This document shows, piece by piece, positions 1 to 6,909 of a DNA stretch of 25,345 bases. How positions within the stretch are numbered: position 1 is the stretch's first letter; every line of letters begins with the position of its first letter. Source of the stretch: a virus (lineage: Duplodnaviria > Caudoviricetes). The translations under genes and the position numbers were made by a program. Under the pieces are notes generated by a model. It saw only the letters and a program-made list of their open reading frames with translations. It ran no database searches and was not told where the DNA came from. The stretch is from positions 1-25,345 of the IMG/VR virus record IMGVR_UViG_3300037704_000023; one strand, written 5' to 3'.

Positions 1-296
1 TCCTCGCCCTGTGCCCACAGACCGGCAGCCAGCTCGACGAACTTCTGCTGCAGCTCACCGAGTGCGACCGTCTGCCCGTCAGCAGAGAAGTTCACCTCGC
101 GCGCCAGGCGGGAGACGATCAGCTCTGCCGCCTTGGACGCCACGAAGTAGACGTTCCCCTTGTGGCTCCACTGGTCGTCGATCCAGGTGATCGACTCGTC
201 CTCGATCAGGTGGTTGGCATCCACCACATCGCCAGTGAGCAGACGCACGCCATCGACCACGCTGTTGCCAGGGTCGTTGCCGTAGGAGAACGTCAT
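1..296 (-). CDS. Putative head-to-tail adaptor/connector (partial, runs off the window)
   Basis: Not in the ORF track. ATG at 296, reads MTFSYGNDPGNSVVDGVRLLTGDVVDANHLIEDESITWI... The 'VRLLTGD...EDE.I' pattern resembles phage head-completion proteins; two genes downstream of the major capsid. Confidence 0.65.
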   Translation of the reverse strand, partial: MTFSYGNDPGNSVVDGVRLLTGDVVDANHLIEDESITWIDDQWSHKGNVYFVASKAAELIVSRLAREVNFSADGQTVALGELQQKFVELAAGLWAQGE

Positions 297-300
297 GAGG

Positions 301-846
301 TCACTTCCCCGCAGTCTTCCGGGCAGTGGGCTTGGGGGCAGGCTTGGGCTCCTCGACTACCGGCTCAGGAGCAGGCTCTGGCTCAGGAGCGGGTTCCGGA
401 GCAGGCTCGGGCTCGGGTTCGGGTTCGACCGTATTGTCCTCGTCCTGCTCGGCCTCGGACTCGTCCACGACGGGGATCGGGTTGACCGGGTCCACCTCGC
501 GGATCAGGTTGGACGCCAGGTTCGCGCGGTCGATCTTGGCCTGACTGGCGGACTCCTTGCGGGTCTGGTCCTCGTCGCCAGCCTTCTGGTCCTCTGCCTG
601 CTTCACCGGCACCAGGGCGACAGCCTGCTTCATCTTGGCGTCCGCCTCCCTGCGCTGCATCACCGCAGTGAAGAGGTGCGGGGGCAGACGGTCGTAGTCC
701 TTCTTGACGTACACCGGGTAGATGTACCCCGAGGACACGAAGGACTCCAGGTAGGGGATGGACTCCAGCTGCTTGCGGGTGAGCTTGTCACCCGGCTCGA
801 CGTAGCCACCATCGACTGCGAACGGGCGACCGGCGATGTACTCCAT
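301..846 (-). CDS. Hypothetical head-region protein with Pro/Glu repeat and basic tail
   Basis: 181 aa with AAGGAG RBS; C-terminal EPEPEPEPAPEPAPEPEPAPEP followed by KPAPKPTARKTAGK; directly after the capsid gene. Confidence 0.75.
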   Translation of the reverse strand: MEYIAGRPFAVDGGYVEPGDKLTRKQLESIPYLESFVSSGYIYPVYVKKDYDRLPPHLFTAVMQRREADAKMKQAVALVPVKQAEDQKAGDEDQTRKESASQAKIDRANLASNLIREVDPVNPIPVVDESEAEQDEDNTVEPEPEPEPAPEPAPEPEPAPEPVVEEPKPAPKPTARKTAGK

Positions 847-865
847 GGGAGATTCTCCTTCTACA

Positions 866-899
866 CCAAAGCGAGGGCGGGAACGACTCCCACCCCCGC
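866..899 (-). terminator. Intrinsic terminator after the major capsid gene
   Basis: Minus-strand RNA GCGGGGGUGGGA-GUCGU-UCCCGCCCUCGC-UUU: 12-bp stem whose two G-U pairs only form on the minus strand. Confidence 0.7.
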
Positions 900-919
900 C
901 AAGGTTAGCTACCTGTGGA

Positions 920-1918
920 TCAGGCGACTGCAGCCGAGAGGAACACGCCGAGGTCGGTACCGACGACCTTCATGTCGTAGGTCTGCTCGGCCTCGATGCG
1001 GTCCGAAGCGATGTGCTCCATCCGGAACCGCTTGATCTTCAGACCCTGGGAGTTGCCACCGAGGTAGCCGTTCCAGGTGAAGGTGTAGCCCGCAGCGGGG
1101 GTCTGGAGACCCGGCGAGGAGGGCGTGTGCACCAGCAGGGCCGACTTGCTGTTCGCGATGAAGGAGTAGGAAGCCGCAGCGTCCTGAGCCTTCGCGTCCG
1201 GGATCTGCGGGCCGGTGGCCTGTGTGGCGTAGCTGACCAGCACCCGGTCCACGTCGAAGAGCGTGGCGATCAGGTCGGTCGTCACGATGCCCTTCTGCGT
1301 GTACTTGATGCGGTCGATGATCGCCGGGTGGTTCTTCAGCGCGTTGATCACGTGTGCGCCCAGAACGAGGGTGTTGGCCTTCACGCCCGTGTTCTGGATG
1401 AACGTGGTCTGCAGGTCAGCCATCAGCTTGATCGGGTCCGAAGACGCCGAGTCCCACTGGATGAACTGGCTGCCGGTCGGCGAAGAAGCGACACCCGTGA
1501 GGTCGGTGCCCCAGATGCCGGTGTTGAAGTACCGGGCGTGCCAGTCCAGGTCCCGCTTGAGCAGGAGCTGGTTGGTGATGAACTGGGTGGCCTCGGAGTC
1601 GAGCTTGAACACCGTGTCGGCATTCGCGCGAACCTGGTCGTCGATGTCCTTGTGGACAGCGTAGACGTGGGCGAAGTAGCTATCCGTGTCCACGGACCAG
1701 CCGATGCCCGGGGACTCGGTCCCAGGGGCGCGGCGCTGAACATCCGTACGACGGAAGTCGGACTTGGAGTACTTCCAGAACAGGTCGCTCTGCTTCTGCA
1801 CCGGGACCTTGGGGAAGACCTTGGTGGCGATGAAGTTCGCGTTGTTCTGGACGTACGCCACGCTGACGTTGGTCAGCGGGATGTTGACGTGGAGATCGGA
1901 CTGAGCCGGGTTAGGCAT
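920..1918 (-). CDS. Major capsid protein (probable HK97 fold, no N-terminal delta domain)
   Basis: 332 aa; LTNVSVAY...FIATKVFPKVPVQKQSD N-terminus and ...GVFLSAAVA end typical of gpE-like capsids; AGAGGA RBS; follows scaffold and decoration genes; strong codon bias. Confidence 0.9.
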   Translation of the reverse strand: MPNPAQSDLHVNIPLTNVSVAYVQNNANFIATKVFPKVPVQKQSDLFWKYSKSDFRRTDVQRRAPGTESPGIGWSVDTDSYFAHVYAVHKDIDDQVRANADTVFKLDSEATQFITNQLLLKRDLDWHARYFNTGIWGTDLTGVASSPTGSQFIQWDSASSDPIKLMADLQTTFIQNTGVKANTLVLGAHVINALKNHPAIIDRIKYTQKGIVTTDLIATLFDVDRVLVSYATQATGPQIPDAKAQDAAASYSFIANSKSALLVHTPSSPGLQTPAAGYTFTWNGYLGGNSQGLKIKRFRMEHIASDRIEAEQTYDMKVVGTDLGVFLSAAVA

Positions 1919-1934
1919 CTTCCTCTATCCTCTC

Positions 1935-2342
1935 TCAGGCCCGACGAAGCAGGACGCTGATGAGTTCACCAGCGCCAGCGGCAGCTGACAGGGCGACTCC
2001 GACTGCAGTACCGGCAGCGAGCGTGATAGCCCGGCCACTGGTGTCGGACTGGACGTTGACGCCAGCGACGACCGCAGCTCCTGCGATCACGTTGCTGACC
2101 CCGAAGATGCCGACCGTTGCGGCCTGCCCTTCGACCTGGGGCTTGTTCTGCAGGACGCCCACAGTGGGGTCGTCGACTCCATCGACCGCACCGACCTGGT
2201 GGGCACCAGTCACCTTCACGAAGGTGTACTGCTTGCCGTAGTTCGGGTCAGCCGAGCCAGGTGTGGACGGGACGCCCGTGAAGACTGCGAGCGAGCTATC
2301 CGCGTTCAGCGAGATAGACTTGAGGCTCTCTTCGTATGCCAT
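1935..2342 (-). CDS. Capsid decoration/cement protein (DUF2190-like)
   Basis: 135 aa; GVLQNKP...ATVGIFGVSNVIAGAAV...GRAI...GVALSAAAGAGELISVLL pattern; AGGAGG RBS; immediately upstream of the capsid gene. Confidence 0.8.
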   Translation of the reverse strand: MAYEESLKSISLNADSSLAVFTGVPSTPGSADPNYGKQYTFVKVTGAHQVGAVDGVDDPTVGVLQNKPQVEGQAATVGIFGVSNVIAGAAVVAGVNVQSDTSGRAITLAAGTAVGVALSAAAGAGELISVLLRRA

Positions 2343-2367
2343 GGTTCCTCCTTTGCTATCTCGCTAC

Positions 2368-3174
2368 TCAGCGGTTGTACTGCTCGGCGAGGTACTCGTC
2401 GTAGGCAGCCGGGTTATCCAGGAATGCCTTGGTGATCAGCTGCTCCTTGGAGGTGTCCCCCTTGGAGATGGACTCACTGATCTTTGCCTCCACGGACTGG
2501 AAGACATCCGAGTTGGAGCCAGCGCCGGACTTGCCGACCTCCTCGAAGAGGTCGCCCGCAGCAGAGGCGCTGTCCAGGGCCTTGGCCAGGACCTCGCAGT
2601 CCGCACGGTCCAGCGCCTCGGCGGCACGCTTGAGGACCGGGCCGAGAACCTCGGGGGCGATGCCCACCGTGTAGTTCTTGGCGACCTCGGTGTACTCGCG
2701 GTCCAGACGGAGCTGACGCTCGCTCTCGGCGGCTGCCTGAGCCTGCTTGGCGATCTCCTCGTACTCGCCCAGACGGTTGAACGCCTTGGCGATCACCTCG
2801 TCCCGGTCGGAGTCGGTGAGCGCCTTGCTCAGCTCCTCGCGGAGGTCGAAGACCTCGTCGTCGTCGGTCTCGTGGTTCTTCTGGATGACGAAGGGGTTCG
2901 CGTTCTTGCCGACCGTGGCCAGCTCGCGCTCGTCCGCTTCCTCCTCGACCTCCAGGGTGAACGCATCACCCTGAGCGTCGTACACCACTTCGCCCGGCTC
3001 CAGCGAGTCCATCTCGACAGGGTTACCCGTCGAGTCGAAGTACTCGTCCATCGTGTTCTCCTCCTCGCCGTGCCGCTTGGCGATAACGGTTCGTGCGTAC
3101 TGGTTGGCTCCCTTGTCGACAAGGGAGATCTCGTCGAACTCCATGTCGAGAAGAGCATTGACCTTGCGGGCCAT
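2368..3174 (-). CDS. Capsid scaffolding protein with N-terminal EISLVDKGAN protease-type strand
   Basis: 268 aa, acidic and helical, upstream of decoration/capsid; many hydrophobic-x-K sites; probable second in-frame start at 3051. Confidence 0.75.
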   Translation of the reverse strand: MARKVNALLDMEFDEISLVDKGANQYARTVIAKRHGEEENTMDEYFDSTGNPVEMDSLEPGEVVYDAQGDAFTLEVEEEADERELATVGKNANPFVIQKNHETDDDEVFDLREELSKALTDSDRDEVIAKAFNRLGEYEEIAKQAQAAAESERQLRLDREYTEVAKNYTVGIAPEVLGPVLKRAAEALDRADCEVLAKALDSASAAGDLFEEVGKSGAGSNSDVFQSVEAKISESISKGDTSKEQLITKAFLDNPAAYDEYLAEQYNR

Positions 3175-3215
3175 CTGCCTACCTCGTTCCTAGTCTCACG
3201 GTGCTTGCAACACCC

Positions 3216-4604
3216 TTACTTCAGCGGAAGCTGCTTGTACGGTCGCCCACCCTTGCGGGAGTGCTGCTTGATCTTCTTTCCTGCCACCAGACCACCAGCG
3301 CCAGCAGCGCCCAGAGCCAGCCCCTTGGCACCGGTCCTGGCCACTGCCTTGGCACCCTGCTTGGCTGCCTTGCCGGTCATGGAGTCCATGCCCTGGACCA
3401 GCCCCTTGCCCTTCTTGCCAGCCTCGAAGAGCTTGAGACCACCAAGAGCACCGAGAGCACCACCACCAGCAGTGGAAGCGGTCGAGTAGCCTTCCAGCCG
3501 CTTCATCCGCTTCCGCTCCGGGTCGTACGCCTTCGCCACGCCAGGCTTCGGGGGCTTGGAGACGGTGGGCATCTTGGGCTGGCTGGCGGTGGGCTTGGGG
3601 GCAGTGGCAGGCTTCGCACCAGGGGTCGCCACCACAGGCGGAGTGATGAGTGACTTCAGCGGACGCATGGACGGCTGCTGCTTGCCCTCGCGCTTCTGGC
3701 CCTTCTGCGGCGCGCTGGACATCGGCATCAGTGCCTTGGCGAACGGTGAGCTGGCCACGTCCGGTGACAGCGCCTTCTTCACCTTGCGCGGCTCGTAGTT
3801 GCCAGCAGCGCGGTTCTTCCGGTGGCCCTTGTCCGCACCAGCGACGATCCCGGTATACACACCGGTCTGTGCGCCACCGACAGCACCCACGCCAGCGGCA
3901 GTACGGGTGTTCTGACTCGTGAGGCTGGACTTGGCCGAGCGCATGGCGTACTTGCGCCCGTAGCCACCGCCCTTGCCCTTGCCGCCCTTGATGGCCTTAG
4001 CACTGCCACGGGCGGCCTTCCAGGCAGCACCATGGGTCTTGGCATTGAGTACCGCAGCAGTACCGCCGAGCGCAGCAGCACCGAGCGCAGCACCGCCCAC
4101 GGTGTGCTGGGCCACCCCCTTGTACGTCTCCTTGAGGTTGGTCTTCATGGCTTCTTTGCGGCGCTTCGGCTTCACCGTCGCGCCGACCAGGTTGTCCTTG
4201 GCGCGGTCACCCTTGGAGATGTCGAACGGGTTGCTGGTGTCCATCTTGGCGACTCGCTTCTTCTTCTGCTTGACCGGACGCATTGCACGCGCCTTCTTGG
4301 ACTCCTGGGACTGGATGGCGGCGAAGTTGTACCCGCCGATGCCACCGACACCAGCAGACGCCGTAGTCAGACCAGTCGCTGCATCGCCTGCTCGCTTCGG
4401 CGCACTGGCGATGCGGTTACCCATCTTCACGCTGGCACCGCGCTTCATGGCTGCGCCACCGAGCTTCCGGGCAGCCTTACCGGCCCCGGGAGTCTTGGCA
4501 GTGGCGGCACCGAGCGCAGAGATGCCCAGGGTGGCACCAGCGCTGCTGATGTAGCTGTGCGCGCGCTTGTGACCCTGCAGCCTCTCGTCAGACCAGGTGG
4601 CCAT
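3216..4604 (-). CDS. Basic Gly/Ala-rich putative internal virion polyprotein
   Basis: 462 aa, very Lys/Arg-rich with six GxxxG-type hydrophobic segments; lies between protease and scaffold. Confidence 0.7.
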   Translation of the reverse strand: MATWSDERLQGHKRAHSYISSAGATLGISALGAATAKTPGAGKAARKLGGAAMKRGASVKMGNRIASAPKRAGDAATGLTTASAGVGGIGGYNFAAIQSQESKKARAMRPVKQKKKRVAKMDTSNPFDISKGDRAKDNLVGATVKPKRRKEAMKTNLKETYKGVAQHTVGGAALGAAALGGTAAVLNAKTHGAAWKAARGSAKAIKGGKGKGGGYGRKYAMRSAKSSLTSQNTRTAAGVGAVGGAQTGVYTGIVAGADKGHRKNRAAGNYEPRKVKKALSPDVASSPFAKALMPMSSAPQKGQKREGKQQPSMRPLKSLITPPVVATPGAKPATAPKPTASQPKMPTVSKPPKPGVAKAYDPERKRMKRLEGYSTASTAGGGALGALGGLKLFEAGKKGKGLVQGMDSMTGKAAKQGAKAVARTGAKGLALGAAGAGGLVAGKKIKQHSRKGGRPYKQLPLK

Positions 4605-4605
4605 G

Positions 4606-4977
4606 TCAGCTCTTCTTTCGCTTCATGCCCTTGATCGCGCCGACCTGGACGTTGCGGTGCGCGCCGATACCAGCGCCAGCACCACCGCCAGCGGCAGTAC
4701 CCAGGAAGGTACCGGCCTTCATCCCGGCCGGACCACTACGCGCACCAACCGCACTACCCAGAGCAGCGCCCAGGCCAGCACCGACCGCAGAGCCACCGCC
4801 AGCACGAAGCACAGCGCCGGTCTTGCGGCCCTTCTTCCCCTTCACGGCAGCGTGAATACCAGACCCCGGCCAACCGAGCGTTGCACCCAGCGCAGTACTC
4901 GCTGCGACGTGCCCGCGCTTCTTCTTGTCGGCCTTGCTGATGTCGCCATGCTCTACGCCCCAGACGCTGGTGCTCAT
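4606..4977 (-). CDS. Basic glycine-zipper protein with N-terminal SVWGVEHG tag
   Basis: Start revised to ATG 4977, which overlaps the protease stop (ATGA coupling); 123 aa MSTSVWGVEHGDISKADKKKRG... Confidence 0.75.
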   Translation of the reverse strand: MSTSVWGVEHGDISKADKKKRGHVAASTALGATLGWPGSGIHAAVKGKKGRKTGAVLRAGGGSAVGAGLGAALGSAVGARSGPAGMKAGTFLGTAAGGGAGAGIGAHRNVQVGAIKGMKRKKS

Positions 4978-5909
4978 GCGGGGATCTCCATCTCCTGTCG
5001 GCGGCCGGAGCCGTGAACGCTGAACATCGGCCGCTTGCCGTCCTTGACGAGCTGCCAGGTCTCGTCGTCGTGCACCTGCATCCCGACCCACCAGCCAGTG
5101 GGGGAGTCAGCCGGGATGCCGAGAGCTTCCTTCTTCTCCGGCGTGATGACCACGGACTCGATCAGGTCGGCCACGTGCTTGGGCTCGTCGCCCACACGCA
5201 CATGCATGTCCCCGCCCTTGCGGGACTTGGAGATGTACTTGTGTGCGGCCTTCTCGATCTCCTCGATCGTGGTGTAGTCCCCCTGGAGGTCCACCACCGG
5301 CTGACCGTCCATCTCGGTGATCGAGGCCCAGCCATAGACCTGGCGCTTGTCCTCGATGGCCTTGGAGACAGTAGCCGAGATGGTGAAGTCCTTGCCCTCC
5401 TTCTTGCGGGCGATCTTCACCTTCGGGGACTTCTCCTCGACCTTGCGCAGGACCTTGACCTTGGCCTCGGCCACCGACTTGGTCACGTCGGTCTTCTTCT
5501 TGGACTTGTCCGCGATGGACTTGGTGGACGCAGCATCAGCCGCCACATTGAAGACCTGACCGCCCACCACAGCGCCAGCTACCGGACCTGCGAACTTGGG
5601 GTTCTTCAGTGCCTTGCCCGCACGACCAGCGGCGCGACCCAGCGGCGTGGCCTTCAGCTTGGAAGGCTTGACGCGCTTGAGCCCCTTGCCTGCGGGCTTG
5701 GCGAACTTGGCCTTGGCGTCTCGGGCCAGAGCAGGGAGCGTCAGCGCACCGAACCCGGCGGAGGCGGCGTTGGCGGCGACCAGGCCCTTGTCGGTGTTGG
5801 ACAGGCCCTCGGTCTTCTTCTTCTCGGCCTTGGCGATCTCCCAGGCCCCGTCACCGTACAGGGCCTTGGCGACCGTCTCGAAGTCGGTTACGGGGACAAG
5901 GCGTCTCAT
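4974..5909 (-). CDS. Prohead maturation protease (XkdF-like serine peptidase) with basic N-terminal extension
   Basis: C-terminal domain KRQVYGWAS...VDLQGD...EIEKAAHKY...GDMH...GWWVGMQVHDDETWQLVKDGKRPMFSVHG matches the XkdF-type pattern (His in DMH, Ser in FSVHG). Start uncertain (ATG 5909 or GTG 5927). Confidence 0.8.
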   Translation of the reverse strand: MRRLVPVTDFETVAKALYGDGAWEIAKAEKKKTEGLSNTDKGLVAANAASAGFGALTLPALARDAKAKFAKPAGKGLKRVKPSKLKATPLGRAAGRAGKALKNPKFAGPVAGAVVGGQVFNVAADAASTKSIADKSKKKTDVTKSVAEAKVKVLRKVEEKSPKVKIARKKEGKDFTISATVSKAIEDKRQVYGWASITEMDGQPVVDLQGDYTTIEEIEKAAHKYISKSRKGGDMHVRVGDEPKHVADLIESVVITPEKKEALGIPADSPTGWWVGMQVHDDETWQLVKDGKRPMFSVHGSGRRQEMEIPA

Positions 5910-6072
5910 GCCCTCATGATCCCCCACGGCTCCATACCCCTGGCACTACGTGCGACTGTAGTTCGGACAGGAGCACTGGTTATGGTCACCCGGCAGTACT
6001 CCGGCATCTACGACACTTGGGCACGTATGGCGGGTTGTTGCGGCTAGCCTGCAAGAGACGACGGAGGAGCAC

Positions 6073-6366
6073 ATGTTCGACGTGCTGGGTGTACCGGTCA
6101 ACATCTTCGAGTTGTCGGGGTGGGGACTCCTGGTGCTGTTGGTCGTAACCGGCAGGCTACGCACCTCGCAGAACGTCAAGGAAATACGAGAAGATCGAGA
6201 CGCTCGCCTAGCCGAGGCGGCAGAGTGGAAGACAGCGTGGCAGCAGTCAGAGGAGACCAAAGCTCAGCTCGTCTTGCAGGTCTCGCAACTCCTGGCCCTG
6301 GGTCAGGTCTCAGCGCACATCCTCAAGACACTGCCGCCACAAGAAGAGAAGTCGGAGACTTCCTGA
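6073..6366 (+). CDS. Membrane protein, lysis-cassette type (one TM plus coiled coil)
   Basis: GGAGGAG RBS; WGLLVLLVVTGRL hydrophobic segment followed by helical region with WKTAW; resembles actinophage lysis-cassette membrane proteins. Confidence 0.7.
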   Translation: MFDVLGVPVNIFELSGWGLLVLLVVTGRLRTSQNVKEIREDRDARLAEAAEWKTAWQQSEETKAQLVLQVSQLLALGQVSAHILKTLPPQEEKSETS

Positions 6367-6578
6367 TGGTGCGGATCTTCAAGCGGAAGCAGAGTCTGTC
6401 CGAGCCGACGGCTGCCGAGCGCTTGAAGGAAGCGCGCGCAGCGCGCGAGGAGACAGAGATGGATCTCCAGAGGGTCAAGCGGCAGTGGCCTGTTGTACAG
6501 AACACGGCCGAAGAGCTGAACATCCAGTTGGAGAAGAACCACTTCGCGGAGCGCTTCCGCACAGCGCTAGGAGGCTGA
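6366..6578 (+). CDS. Small lysis-cassette-associated protein with NHFAE motif
   Basis: Start revised to ATG 6366 (TGATG coupling); 70 aa ending LEKNHFAERFRTALGG. Confidence 0.7.
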   Translation: MVRIFKRKQSLSEPTAAERLKEARAAREETEMDLQRVKRQWPVVQNTAEELNIQLEKNHFAERFRTALGG

Positions 6579-6579
6579 G

Positions 6580-6909
6580 TTGCTTTACTCGATCATGCTG
6601 TACACGATCGCCATCTTGCCGATGCTCGCCTTCGTCGTGCTGTACATACGCGAGTGGCCGCACATCCGGCACACGGCCGAGTCCTACCAGTTGCTGCTGT
6701 TCATCTCGCTGCTCCTGCTGATCTCCGTCAACGGGCTGCTGGTCAACGTCTTCGGCATGGACCTAGACCTGGCGCGCATCTTCAGTCGGGTACTGTCCAT
6801 CCTCGCTGGATTCACCCTGTGGTACTTCACCTATGCGTTGCTGCGCTACCAAGTGATCCCTCGATACAAGCGAGACAAGCTGCGCAAGCGGATGAAGGAT
6901 CAGGGGTAG
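6580..6909 (+). CDS. Putative holin (three TM segments, basic C-terminus)
   Basis: TTG start with AGGAGG RBS; three hydrophobic stretches; tail RYKRDKLRKRMKDQG; convergent 10-nt overlap with the MuF gene. Confidence 0.6.
   Translation: MLYSIMLYTIAILPMLAFVVLYIREWPHIRHTAESYQLLLFISLLLLISVNGLLVNVFGMDLDLARIFSRVLSILAGFTLWYFTYALLRYQVIPRYKRDKLRKRMKDQG

Noticed and set aside
340-430. Short tandem GGCTCAGGAGC/GGTTCGGGCTC-type repeats as a CRISPR or DNA repeat element
   Set aside because: They encode the EPEPAP low-complexity tract of the 181-aa protein; no spacers.
4978-5091. Longer ORF-track starts (5091, 6120, 16673, 17023, 17365, 23054, 24757, 24825, 25295)
   Set aside because: They overlap neighbouring genes or regulatory sites; downstream ATGs have an RBS, stop/start coupling or a leaderless context.
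5946-6260. 104-aa minus-strand ORF upstream of the protease
   Set aside because: Overlaps the better-supported plus-strand membrane gene; atypical composition.
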